Source: Octopus bimaculoides
Taxonomy: Eukaryota
NCBI RefSeq assembly: GCF_001194135.2
Contig: NC_068987.1
Location: forward strand, 59,904,640-59,937,660
Reading direction: 5' to 3'
Length of the DNA: 33,021 bases
A model generated the notes under the pieces. It saw only the letters and a list, made by a program, of their open reading frames with translations. It was not told the DNA's origin and made no database searches. The number at the start of each line of letters is the position of its first letter. The stretch's first letter is position 1. The translations under genes were made by a program, and so were the position numbers. Shown one piece after another: positions 1 through 12,007 of the stretch.

Positions 1-980
1 GTGTTTGCGTGTGTGCATGTGTGCCATATTTAGTTGATCCTGCTGCATGTAATTTTAACAGTTAGCGACGTTTGAAATTAAACAATGTAAAAGTTAAAAT
101 GCAAACACGTATTTGTATTTACCCCCCCCCCTCTCACACACACACAAACACACACATATATATATATATCCATATGTATAAAAATATATTTATATAGCTG
201 TGTGTGTGTGTGTTTGAGAAAGTACGTATATGTGCGTGTGCGTTTGTGTATGTAAACGTGAGTAGGTATGTACACACACACACACAAGCATCAGCATTCT
301 TTTTCCTTCTACTTTCCTTCTCTATTTACATTTTAATGATTAAGATAAATAGGCCACTAGCTACTCTGTTTTACATTCTCTTGTCAGCAAAGTTAAATTA
401 AGGACACAGACATCTGTCTCTTTTTGGACGCCCTTAGCATAATCACAGTTGTAGGAATAAAAAGGAAACGATATTGTATGAAAGCGTTAAAGCTGCTATT
501 GTAATAGCAATAACAAAGTTTTATTATTAACTAATTGCAGTATGATTGCCGTTAAATTTAAATTAGTTTTAACTCATTTAACAATTAATCTATTAACCGA
601 TTAATAATCGATTAGTTTTGTAACTGTCATGAAGGTTTAATGTTTCGTAATTCATTACTACGTTATGGCATCACTTAATTTAAGAGGTGGTCTTTTACAG
701 TGAATTATATTTTTGTGTTGCCTATATAAGAAATTTACTTCGTCTATAGAAACTAACGAAATGTTCATTAACACGTTAACAAATTTTCTCTTAACTGATT
801 TGTTACTGTTTTTGTGTTACTGTGCTTTCTTTGATATTAGATGTAGCTAAATTTGTTCTCGGTCTGACGAATGCTTGTACTACAAGAACAGTTGCACTAC
901 GGCTACGTACAAATTGAATTCAATCTTCAATTACTTTGAATTAACCATTTCTTTGTTCTGGATTAAAAACTATCCCCACA

Positions 981-1097
981 GTGTGTGTGTATGTGTGTGT
1001 GTGTAGGTAGGTAGGTAGGTAGGTAGGTAGGTAGGTAGGTATGTAGGGAAGGTAGGTAGGTAGGTAGATAGGTAGATAAGTGGGTAGATAGATAGAT

Positions 1098-1154
<57 letters not shown>

Positions 1155-1155
1155 G
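981..1155. repeat. Compound microsatellite (TG)n(GGTA)n(GATA)n(GA)n
   Basis: Directly visible. Confidence 0.97.
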
Positions 1156-2862
1156 AGATGAAACTGAAATTTCATGTTTCAGTTAGTGCTGGACAAGCCC
1201 ATATGTAACTGAATGACTGCAGCTAGTGTCAAACGTTTTAACAGCTTATTTCACGCGAGTAGTTAATGATAGTTAGCGTAAACATATTCCAATATACGTG
1301 TATATGGAGAGATAGATATGGCAAGTAGATAAACAGAAAGACAAAAAAGTATAAGTTGCACAGATTAGGTATATGTAAATGTCTCTTCCAAACTTCAGTT
1401 AGATACAAACAGAAACACCAGGGCCAACAAATAGGGTGCTGAGAGACGAAGCCGAAACAGCAGGACTACAGCCGAAAAGTTTTCAAAACTAGGAACACTT
1501 AACATATATTCATTGCAATTTTTTTCATTTCAAATTTTATTTCATTATTTCAGAGGAGGAAATCAGGTATTTTGTTGACTTAAATCCACTGTGTAAATGC
1601 CCTTAGTTTATTGGTTATACATACTAGAAAAAAATTATATTGGACAACTTATTAAAACTTACTGAAGCTTCGAACTCATGTGACTTATTTCTTTTCCGTC
1701 GTTATCTAAAATTATCAAGTGAATTTGTTGCTATGGGTATTTGATACGCTGTAGGTGTTAAAATATCTCAATGTGATCGCTGCTATTTTTTTTGGTACAC
1801 TAAACGTAGTTGGATTGCCTTGATGTTTATTTAAAAAAAGAGATTATGACTGTTATAAAATAATGAAAGAAATATTTACTAAGCAAGTGAGCACTATTAT
1901 ACAAAGAAATAATTAGACGTAAGATATATAAAATTATAAGAATTGGGAATCAAAGGGGAAAATATTATCAAGTGGTTAGCAGAAAACCGCCCGCAGGGTG
2001 GTCTTTGTGCTAGTATTCTTTAGAGGTGGTTCTCTCACGCAGTTTGAAGCATAATTCAGCAAGTAACTTTGTACTTAACATATCCAAGCAATGTTTCGGT
2101 TTTAGAATTCTTCTTTCTTTGTATAAAGTGGGTTTCTTGTTGTGAGCTACGTACAATCTGTTATGACGTGTAATGTGAAGTTTTTGTTTTTATTCTTGTC
2201 CATTATTTAGTTTGTTATGAAGAGATTGGTAGTACTTTTATGACTGCATAATCCTTGCTGAATCTGTTGCATTGTTTGTTTACCATTGTTGTTCCTGTTC
2301 GCCAAGTGCGGCACCTGTGATCATTCCTAGATATGTTTATAAGTCGTTTTGCTGCATTTACTTTGTTTTCTATTTGTGTCTATTTCCGTTACGAATATTG
2401 TAGAGCTTCATGCATATCCAGGCATTTTGTCTTCGGTAGATGTAGCATACCTGTGTTAGCTGGTTGCATTTCATGTTCTCTAGCGTTGCTGATAAAATAA
2501 ACATTGCATTTATTATGCTAATTTAAGCCCTTTTTCTTATTGTTGTTGTTGTTGCTAAATCTCTTTTTAAGCTAATTAGTATAGATTTGTACTAGTTGTG
2601 CAGTAGTATCTTAAAAAATGTGGAAGGATGCTAATATGATGTCATTTACGTAGGAGCTTGTCTGTAATATTTCGTTGGATATGAGAAGTTCGCGTACGTA
2701 AGTATAGGTTGAAAAGATAAATTGAAAGGGTAGGTTTTGTAGTATAAATTCGAGAAGTCACAGATTCTGGAACTATTATTTGTTTTATATTTTTCTCAAG
2801 TTATCTGTATTTTTTTGTAATGTTTGAATGCGAATAATGGATCGATAGTTTAGCTGATACCG

Positions 2863-2974
2863 ATAGTTGTTAGAATAGTACGTGTATGAATGCGTGTGTG
2901 TGTATGTGTGCGTTTTCTATGTAAGTGTCCTGTGCTTTGTTTATAATTTATAGTTGTTAGAATAGTAAGTGTAT
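2863..2974. repeat. 25-bp direct repeat flanking a 62-bp TG-rich insert within the LINE
   Basis: ATAGTTGTTAGAATAGTA(C/A)GTGTAT at 2863-2887 and 2950-2974, one mismatch. Confidence 0.85.
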
Positions 2975-3366
2975 TGGATGTTACGTTCTGAATCCATCAT
3001 GAAAATTGCAGGTTAGGTTTGTGAACAGTATCGTTGTTGAGTGTTATTGGTCTGAATTTATGCTACGATTTGGAAAGAAGGTATTTGGATTAATGATGTC
3101 AAGGTCTAGTTTTTCTAGACAGTTTGAGCTTGTGTATCAGAGTATGAGGAAGATGTGTCTCTATGATGTTAATTGACTTAAGTTTTTGAGGAACTTTAGA
3201 TTTGAGCAATTATCAAATTTTGCGTGAATGCGGTGGTTCATTCCAGCTGCAAAATTTTGGGATTAAAATGTTTCTATAGCCATAAAACTTTTGAGCATTT
3301 CTTATTCTGATTTTGCGTTTAGGTGTATCTGAGGAAAGATGAGAAGAGTCAAAATGAAGTTGTATA

Positions 3367-3560
3367 CAGTAATCCCTCGACTATCGCGGGTGTTACAACC
3401 CAAAACCTCCCACAGATCTAAAAAAATATAAATACCTATCGGCCGCAGAAACCCGGATATACCGAGGAGTCCGCGATATAAATTTACATATATTAGCCAG
3501 AAAAATTCGCGATGTACTGAGTGCGCGATAGGTGAACCACGATATGGCGAAGGATTACTG
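3367..3560. mobile_element. pogo/Tigger-like (Tc1/mariner superfamily) MITE, 194 bp
   Basis: TIRs CAGTAATCCCTCGACTATCGCGG (3367-3389) and the reverse complement of CCACGATATGGCGAAGGATTACTG (3537-3560). TA on both sides (3365-3366, 3561-3562). CAGT termini with a TA TSD are typical of pogo/Tigger elements. Confidence 0.9.
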
Positions 3561-4655
3561 TATTTTCCGTTTTGTGTTCAAGCCCTCTTTCCCTGAATTT
3601 TCGTGGGTGATTTTGGAAATATTTCAAATTAGTTCATATCATGTTGAAATTACGGACCACTTATTTGTAAGTCCTTTTAGTTGCTGCTGTTGTTGTCGTT
3701 GAAGTAGCAGTTATTGATGTTACAGTTATTGACGTTGATGTAGACTATGCTTATGGCTCTACGTAATTTTGCTGGTAGTTTCGTCCTCTATGTTGTATAT
3801 AACTCATTTCCAGTTTTACATTTAATTAGTATTTGTTTTGCTATTTCTTTGTCTGGTTATTTGATGTCGAACTGAATTTCAGTTTGCTGTGGTTGTAGTG
3901 TACCATGTTGAAGATTCGTTCTTATGAAGCTGACTATTTCAAGCGTCTAATTAGGGTTCAGTTTTCTGTGTTGCTTCGTGTGTTAGACATTTGACTTAAT
4001 GTAAAAAATACAGTGTCTAGGTTGGTAGTTGTAATGTTGAATGTTGAAAAGCATTTTCCTGTTGCTTATTAAAAACTCATTCCACTGCACATTTTTGAAA
4101 TTTGTATAAAAAAAAAGTCTTTATTTTCTTCATTGATATTTGGCAAATTCTTTGTCAGGCATTTTGGTTGCGAGGTAAGTTAGTAGAATTTTACCACTAG
4201 GAACAAATTGCCTTTAGATTCGTAGGTATGTACCTGTGTGAGTTTATGTGTGCTCGCGCGTGTGTGTAGATTGCATAAAACTGAAAGCGAGCTGAGTTGC
4301 AATAATATGCTACCTCTTGCGTTGTCTATATTAGTCTTTCTCAACAGAAGCTATATGTTCTTTTCCCCCGGTGAACCTCAGCATGTTTCTTCTCTCTTTG
4401 AGAGAAGATCAATGCAAGATATTTACAACTCTATCTCACAGTGGGGCACCGAGAACCTGAGAAGGTTTCTAAAGAAGCTTTGAATAAAAAAAGGTTGAGA
4501 ATGTCCGGTTTATACTAGTTGAAAACTCCAGGATCGTTTACACAAGCTGAAGTTTCCCCGCGTTGAAAGTGCTAACGTATTGTAGTTATGGTGTGTAATC
4601 TTGTAAGAAAATTATTCAGAATGCTATTGTTATATATATATATATATATATATAT

Positions 4656-4810
4656 NNNNNNNNNNNNNNNNNNNNNNNNNNNNNNNNNNNNNNNNNNNNN
4701 NNNNNNNNNNNNNNNNNNNNNNNNNNNNNNNNNNNNNNNNNNNNNNNNNNNNNNNNNNNNNNNNNNNNNNNNNNNNNNNNNNNNNNNNNNNNNNNNNNNN
4801 NNNNNNNNNN
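4656..4810. other. Assembly gap (N run)
   Basis: N bases, after (TA)n. Confidence 1.
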
Positions 4811-5722
4811 ATATATGTGTTTATTACATTAATGCACTTAGTGTTGCTAGATTTTATTTTGGAAGCCTGCATTATTCATGAATATCGTTTCCCGTTTACT
4901 AATATCATATGCGTTGTCTTCATATTGAATGCAAGTTGTTTATGCATGCTACAAGACTACTATGATTGTGAAGATATCTTTCTAGCTTTACTTGGTCATA
5001 ATTTTGAGTCTAATGCGAATGTGTCGTAAATAATTATTGTTGCATGAATACTATGGGCAATAATGCATATTCTTTTCTGCAGTTCTATATGGAGATGTTT
5101 TTAATGCTCTTAGAGCTAAATTGCAAAATTTTAAGACGTTTTGAGTCTTGCTTACAAAGTTTATTTTTGTAAGTGTAACATGTTTATTTTATGTGTATTC
5201 TGTACAGTACGTTGACGCTGTGATAGAAGATAATATCACTTATAGTTTATAATGCTGTTGTTGTTCTAAGTATTGTTATTGTCATAAAGTATCTATTTGT
5301 AGATCATTTCCATATGTTGATTATTATGACGGATTTTATGCGATTGTTTATACGAGTTTTGAAGACTGTTAAAAGCATAGCTTTGTAGTGATTTGACGAA
5401 GATCGTTTCTTGGACTTCGAGATTTTTCTTCTTAAGTTGTCAATACATGTGCTGAGCAAAATCTTTCTGCAGATTTAGCATTTACCGTTCGACTGGTATT
5501 GCAATCATACACGTCGTGTCTTTTTCATTCGGTGTGATATTCAGTGAAAACACATTTAGAAACACTTGAGCAATATTTCAAAAATATTTTGTAGCTAGTT
5601 TATGCACTTCGAATTTGAATGCTCACACGAAGGCTTCCTTACTAGCAATTATGTGTATGCATACACATAAAAGCTAGTCTATGTGAAAATATGCATATAT
5701 ACACACGCATATTTATATCTAT

Positions 5723-8485
5723 TAGGGTTATGGGTCCTTCACAACCTAATAACCCTATACTATAATTCGATGAATAATTTTATAAAAATTAGGAAACTAA
5801 CATTTATTTTGATTTATTTGAACCTCCCCCCCCAACTTAAGAAATAGATCACTACCTTTGACCCAAATCATGCAAAATTCTAGTAGGGTTCAAGAGTTTA
5901 CCAAACTGGGTGTGCTGACTCAATGCAATGAAGAAATAGTACATCTGAAATTTCAGCTTTCTGGAGTAGTTTCGAAGTTAAGGGATTTAAAAACTATAAT
6001 CACTAGGTAGCACTAGATTCACACTTCAGTATTTCTGCTGCCTCAATCCTTATAAACGCAAGAGAGATGTGGAATAAAAGTATATTTATACAATTTTAAG
6101 CTTACTGAATTGAAATTGCTCTAAGCAACTGTTCAATATTAGGCTATTTTAAGACAGGCCCACTACAAGCATTCGATGATATACAAAATTAAAAACAAAA
6201 CATATTTTAAACTTTATAGCTTTAATTCTAATTTTAAATAACTGTATAAGAAAAACGGGTGCTGAATGTTAGCGAAATTTTAAATACAGCAAAGAACTAA
6301 TATGTTTTGTTAGATAAAATAAATTGATGGTGAAGTTTCTCTTTTTTAGAAAAATCATAAAGATCTTGAAGGCACCTGTTTGCCTATTCTGCACTCTGTT
6401 ATGGGAATTTCTAGTTTTGATGGTTCTTGACTCCAAAAGATTTTTTACAGAGTTCACTGCTTTTTTATAAACTTGCAGGCTACCATATAACTTCTGATAA
6501 TCATGTGCATTGAATATTTGGTCAGCAAACCAAAAATCTGCTCAGCTGTAAGAGAGGAATCGATAAACATCGCGAAGCAAAACTCTTTTTTTTAAATGCC
6601 AAAACTCTTTTTTTTAATGCCAAAAGAGCTACTATTGCTCGAGAATTCCATCTTTCATTACTTAAGTTGGGTATTTTTTGAAACTTTACAGTAGGAAATT
6701 TGCCGGTTTCTTGAAAGAAACGAAAAACTCTGGGCGAATGAATTAGAAATTTCATGTCATCTCGCCATCCTGCTGATTCAGTAATCTTTCTTCACCATTG
6801 TTGAAATCAGCCTGGAGTTTCTTGTAATTACTTTGAAACTCTAGGATGAATGTATATTCAATATTGGGAGATGACTTTTTTCTCCAAGTTCGTTATCTAT
6901 TACAACACGAAGAACTCTATCAAGGCTATGATGCTGACAACCAATAAATTGCTGTTCTTTCAAACCATTTTGAGCAAACAGTCTTTGCAACTGAATGACA
7001 ATACCATTTCTTTTCTCAGTGTTCCCACTCGTTGTATCAGCAACAATTTACACAGTACCATAAAGTGTATTCATCTAAAACAACTGTTATTCCTTTCACA
7101 ACAGTATCGGCTTTTCAGATTGGTAATTGGAGTGCTTCTAACTTAACTTCTTTCTGTTCATTCTTTAAAAACTAGCACTTGGTATTCTTGGTTATCAATA
7201 CGTTTACCATCAAAATGAAATGACCTGTTTTCTAAATGTAGTGTTTTATTAATTTTATTTTTTAGTTTAACAGCTTCTTAGACAGTCGATCTGTAAATAC
7301 CAGATTGGGAAGGAGACTCGACATTGATTCTATTTTGAGATAATTGTCGAGAAACTGTTGCTGCTTTTTGGGTTGATAGCTTGGAAGATATTACTAACTT
7401 GGTTGCAGTTCCAGTTTTGCTATACTTCCTCCTTGTTTGTGTATATTCTTCATCTGATTTTTGGGACTCTTGATATTCACTTTCAGTCTCTGCTTCAGTC
7501 GTTGACGAAGACACTGGAGTTACTCTGGTTGAAGTTGGCATTAAGGACACTTTTCTTCTTTTGGATGGTTGAACAGTTTTGGAACTGGCTGCCTTTCCAG
7601 TTCCATACGCAATCTGTCTCTTGATTTCAATTTGAAGATAATATAACTTTCTATCCTCACTGCACAGTCATTCACCGTTTTCGTTTGTGGCGTCAAAATT
7701 CCTTTCAAGAAATCGTATTTTCTTCATTTTACACATTTATCGTAAGTATTCAGCATTTTTCTACTTTTGCTTGTACATTTTGAAATGATAAATATAAGAA
7801 ATTTAATTTGTTTTGCGATAAAAAGTTACTACTTTCGAAATTTTTGTTCCTTTTTCCTTCCTTTGATAGTAACTCTAATGAACAGGTAGCCACCGACAAT
7901 TTGAAGTTTCATTGGTACCCTGGAGTTGTTTTCCAAAGAATGCTCTTCTAGAGGAACAGGTCTTTTCCTATGTGAGTTGAAATTACAGGAGATTCTTCGT
8001 CCAAAATTTTTGTCTCTCTCAGTGACACCAGCACTTCTCTTATGAGACATTATTTTAGATACTCTAGTTGGATAATTCTGCTATTCTAAAAAAACAGGTA
8101 ATATAGTCAGAGATCTTAGAGTTACAGAAATAAAAAGGAAAAGAAGAGGGTATTTCCTAAAGTAGGGCTTAAGTGGTAACAAATTAAAAACTGTATAACC
8201 CCTAAACTACTTAGACTTGAAAGCTGAAATTTGAGATATACTTCTTCTGCATTGCATTAGGTCAGCACACCAAGTTAGGTAAAATCTTGAGTAGGCGTTA
8301 TGAACCCACCCCAACCTCAAGAATTTTGCATGCCTTGGGGCAAAGCGGTGTTAGATTTCTTCAGTTGGAGGTGACGTTCTATTTAAAAACTTAAAATAAA
8401 GGTTATTTTCCCTATTTGAAATTATTCATTGACTTTTGATACAGGAAATTGTTTAAACCCGAAAACATCAAAATTCATAACCCTA
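5723..8485 (-). mobile_element. Full-length degenerate hAT-superfamily DNA transposon (hATm-like, TAGGG termini, long imperfect TIRs)
   Basis: Ends are TAGGGTTATG (5723) and CATAACCCTA (8485). The imperfect inverted repeats extend about 280-300 bp and share blocks such as CATGCAAAATTCT, GGTGTGCTGAC and AAATTTCAGCTTTC. 8-bp TSD ATATCTAT (5715-5722) versus ATATATAT (8486-8493), 7/8 match. Confidence 0.85.
6280..7800 (-). pseudogene. hAT-type DDE transposase pseudogene
   Basis: Minus-strand translation across frameshifts gives KLSTQKAA..SPSQSGIY, SFHFDGK (first D), ADTTSGNTEKRNG (second D), FIGCQHH (CxxH-type motif), SNERWNSRA (RW motif) and AE*A at ~6388 (catalytic E). It has stops, frameshifts and a 22-bp tandem duplication at 6579-6621. 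Confidence 0.8.
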
Positions 8486-8788
8486 ATATATATATATATA
8501 TATATATATAATAATAATAATATTTATTATTATTATTACAGAGAGTGTTGGGAAGTGCTCAAGTATTGAACATGAGACCTCAGGTACAAATATTTTTCAA
8601 ATTAAATGTGAGAAATCAGACAGGTTCGACAATTCAAAAGCATTACAATATAAACCGAGACAAAAGGAGTAATTATAATATATTTAATACATCTCTCATT
8701 AAATAGTTCAATACCGAAACAGTGCTAAAAATATTCACTATCGAAACAATATTAAAAATTTCAAAATTACAGACATACCAAAAATATT

Positions 8789-9219
8789 CTTTTCTACTGT
8801 AGGTACAAGGCCGGAAATTTTGGGGGAGGTGGACAATCGATTAGATTGACCCCAGTACGCAACAGGTACTTAATTTATCAACCCCGAAAGGATGAGAGGC
8901 AAAGTCGACCTCGGTGGACTTTGAATTCAGAACGTAAATACAGACGAAATACAGCTAGGCATTTTGTCCGGCATGCTAACGTTTCTTATTTCTTTATTGC
9001 CCACAAGGGGCTAAACATAGAGGGAACAAACAAGGACAGACAAAGGGATTAAGTCGATTACATCGACCTCAATACGTAACTGGTACTTAATTTATCGACC
9101 CCGATAGGATGAAATGCAAAGTCGACCTCGGCGGAATTTGAACTCAGAACGTAGCGGCAGACGAAATACCGCTAAGCATTTCGCAATGCGTGCTAACATT
9201 TCTGCCAGCTCGCCGCCTT
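8789..9219 (-). mobile_element. Dimeric tRNA-derived SINE (two related monomers head-to-tail, different 3' tails)
   Basis: The minus strand starts AAGGCGGCGAGCTGGCAGAAATGTTAGC (A-box-like) and has B-box GTTCAAATTCC at 9133-9143. The conserved body TTTCATCCT..GGGGTCGATAAATTAAGTACC occurs twice (~8865-8900 and ~9082-9118). The monomer junction is at ~8982-8986. Confidence 0.85.
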
Positions 9220-9279
9220 AGACATATATACATATACATTTGCGCGGATAGATACATAGATAAAGGAATATGTGACTAG

Positions 9280-9294
9280 ATTGATAGATAAATA

Positions 9295-9330
<36 letters not shown>

Positions 9331-9407
9331 TTTAATGGGTAGATAATAGAGATACTTGGATAACTTGGTAGATATGTTGATACACATGCGCATACTTAAG
9401 AGGGAGA

Positions 9408-9447
<40 letters not shown>

Positions 9448-9457
9448 NNNNNNNNNN

Positions 9458-9498
<41 letters not shown>
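9280..9498. repeat. (GATA)n and (GA)n microsatellites around a 10-N gap
   Basis: Directly visible; N at 9448-9457. Confidence 0.95.
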
Positions 9499-9500
<2 letters not shown>

Positions 9501-9929
9501 ACAGTTTTACTATTGTAAACCGAATCTATAAGTTATTCGACTTCTTGACAAAATGCCTTAAGTAACACAAAGCTTATCCGTTTCCTAATTACTATTTCTT
9601 ATCTGTGTATGTATATTCCTGCATATATACTAAGAAAACAATAGCTTATAGCTATACAGAAATGTACTTTAGTTTACACTAGCGTAGTGTAAATTGGTTT
9701 TAAGTTTAATAACCGAATGTAAAAACTCGTGATGCCTCGTAATCATTGAGATATTAGATTTGCAATTAATATGGCTTTCTTTATGTTCATTAGGAACTTA
9801 TTTAAATTGATATTATACTCGTTAGCTAAACTTCTACATTATTCTATAATGATAACATGATAGTTCATGTCCTTGCGTTTCGTCAATCGTTATAATCACT
9901 AAAGAAGAACATCATGCTGAGATACGAAA

Positions 9930-10330
9930 TATATAATTTATAACAGAATGTCATCCCAAACATGGTGACACGGTTTACGATCCACCATCCTATGGTCGAC
10001 TTTATCGATGGCCATCAACAAGTCTAGAGATACAACAATCACTTCCGAATGGTTGAGTGCCTGTTTTGGCAACTGTCGTAGTACTACAGGAGCAGTGTAG
10101 AGCAGCCTCCCTCTGCGTTGAGGGTTAGTCAAAAAAGTTGTTTTCTTTTAAGAGGGTGAACAGTTTCTTTCTGATAATACGTTTCTTAGCAATGTTGATA
10201 CGTGAAGTTAGAGGCTATACCCTGGAATTTTTAACATCTCTTCTATCTCCACTATTATGAAGAGATCATATGCCTGTTCGTAATGGTGGAGAGAGACGCA
10301 GTGGAGATCTCAGACTTGCCAAGAAGCTCT
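9930..10330 (-). mobile_element. LINE reverse transcriptase fragment (CR1/Jockey-like)
   Basis: ORF 9938-10132 contains VIVVSLDLLMAIDKVDHRMV, a decayed version of the RT motif xxLDISKAFDKVWH. Boundaries are approximate. Confidence 0.6.
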
Positions 10331-10405
10331 ACAAATGTATGTGGGGCCCGCTTAGCTAAGCCCTGTTCATATGATTTTTGGAAGACTTACTTAGGCATAG
10401 ATATG

Positions 10406-10421
10406 TACACACACACACACG

Positions 10422-10500
<79 letters not shown>
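10406..10500. repeat. (CA)n/(GATA)n microsatellite
   Basis: Directly visible; abuts the foldback. Confidence 0.95.
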
Positions 10501-10508
10501 TTATATAG

Positions 10509-11161
10509 ATATATAATTATATGGATATAATTATCGTTAAGGATCCTAAGAACAGAACTAACATGCTAGAAATAGATGTCAAATTACTCCAAAATAATTT
10601 CGCACACTCCTCTAGCACTGGCAGAAAGCGAGGGAATAAACAAAAAAGATTTAGCAAATTTTTAGTGGATAACCCAAGATCGAACGATTTCTGGCATAGT
10701 AAAATACACTGCCTTCATCGGTAGGAATATACCAAAATAGTACATAAATGCAAATATATATACGTACCCATACAATACATACATATACATATATATATTC
10801 ACAAGTATATACGAGGCCAATCCAATTGTTCATCTCGCCATGTGTGTTATCAAAATACTACCACTGCGGTAGTATGTATATGTATATGTATGTATTTGTA
10901 TTGGTACGTATATATATTTGCATTTATGTACTATTTTGGTATATTCCTACGATGAAGGCAGAGTATTTTACTATGCCATAAATCGTTCGATCCTGGGTTA
11001 TCCACTAAAAATTTGCTAGATCTTTTTTGCTCATTCCCTCGCTTTCTGCCAGTGCTAAAGGAGTGCGCCAATTGGTTTTGGAGTAATTTGACATCTATTT
11101 CTAGCATGTTGGTGCTGTTCTCAGTGTCCTTAACTATAATTATATTTATATAATTATATAT
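10509..11161. repeat. Long inverted repeat / foldback; possible non-autonomous TTAA-flanked MITE core at 10541-11129
   Basis: Arm 10509-~10795 is the reverse complement of arm ~10873-11161, about 90% identical by eye, with a ~77-bp spacer. The ORF track shows the same peptide (RIYICIYVLFWYIPT) on both strands. Internal TTAA at 10537-10540 and 11130-11133. Confidence 0.92.
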
Positions 11162-11539
11162 ATATATTAATTCTTACCTAGACGGTTTTTATTACATGCT
11201 GTCCACTGATATGATCGTTATTTTTATAATGATTTATTCTTATATATGTATGTATGTACGTATGTATGTATGTATGTATGTATATCTATAAAGAAGCATT
11301 GGTTATAGAAAAAAAACATTAAATTTTGTCAACGACTTTACATACAAATTTAATCATATATAAAAATCACTATGGTTTTCAAACACATAAAAAATAATAC
11401 ATATCCATAAAATCACAGAAGGTAAAAGTATATAATCGAATAAAATACAACTAGAACGGCCTATCAAAAATTAAATATACACGACTAAAAATTCAAAAAA
11501 CTACCAAAAAACCTAATATATTTATACATACATACATAC

Positions 11540-11592
<53 letters not shown>

Positions 11593-11812
11593 ACGCTTAC
11601 TAAAAAAGTATGATTTCTTTTTCTCTCTCACTATCGATACACGTCTTAATGTTCGCTGTCTTGATTGCGATTTCTTTTAAGTGTTCATGAAATAACAAGA
11701 AGTTTGAAACCTTGTGTTGAAGAGAATATTTGTCGAAACATTTTATCACCACAACGTATTGTTTTTACTCCGTGAAGATCGCGAAATACATTAGCAGACT
11801 ATGAATTATAAT

Positions 11813-12007
11813 CTTTTCTACTTTAGGCAAAAGACCCGAAACTTTTGGGGAGGGAGCCAGTCGATTAGATCAACCTCAGTACGCAACTGGTACTTAATTT
11901 ATCGACCCCGAAAGGATGAAAGGCAAAGTCGACCTCGGCAGATTCGAACTCAAAACCTAACGGCAGACGAAATACCGTTAAGCATATTGCCCGGTGTTCT
12001 AACGATT
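11813..12007 (-). mobile_element. tRNA-derived SINE, 5'-truncated monomer with perfect 17-bp TSD
   Basis: Same family as the 8789-8986 monomer. TSD AGACTATGAATTATAAT at 11796-11812 and 12008-12024. Confidence 0.92.

Larger units (their letters stand above)
1980..5145 (-). mobile_element. Degenerate non-LTR retrotransposon (LINE) ORF2, APE endonuclease plus reverse transcriptase, probably I/Jockey group
   Basis: Manual minus-strand translation gives motifs in the expected order despite stops and frameshifts: LKILQFSSKSIKN (~5140, APE start), GNFSLCKRSW (~4560, GDFNA-like), SCIDL (~4410), NFKNVQWNEF (~4090), KFRPITL (~3050, YRPISL-like), NFHDGFR (~2990), LSIYLFNLYL (~2710), YVNDII (~2645, YADD-like), GLN*HNKCNVYFI (~2510), KCLDMH (~2420, KYLG-like). 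Boundaries are approximate. Interrupted by a MITE, a short duplication and a (TA)n/N gap. Confidence 0.75.

Noticed and set aside
78-401. Short ORFs at the window start, and similar ones at 963-1175, 27323-27761 and 30334-30685
   Set aside because: Microsatellite translations.
5723-5730. TTAGGG resembling a telomeric repeat
   Set aside because: A single unit that forms the hAT terminal inverted repeat.
9121-9219. tRNA-like A/B boxes
   Set aside because: Part of a SINE head. No complete cloverleaf, and followed by a SINE body and tail.
11700-11760. TTGAAGA..GAAAC hammerhead-like motif
   Set aside because: The first core C and the cleavage triplet are not conserved. At most a PLE relic and too weak to call. 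A similar weak case lies at ~30845-30885.
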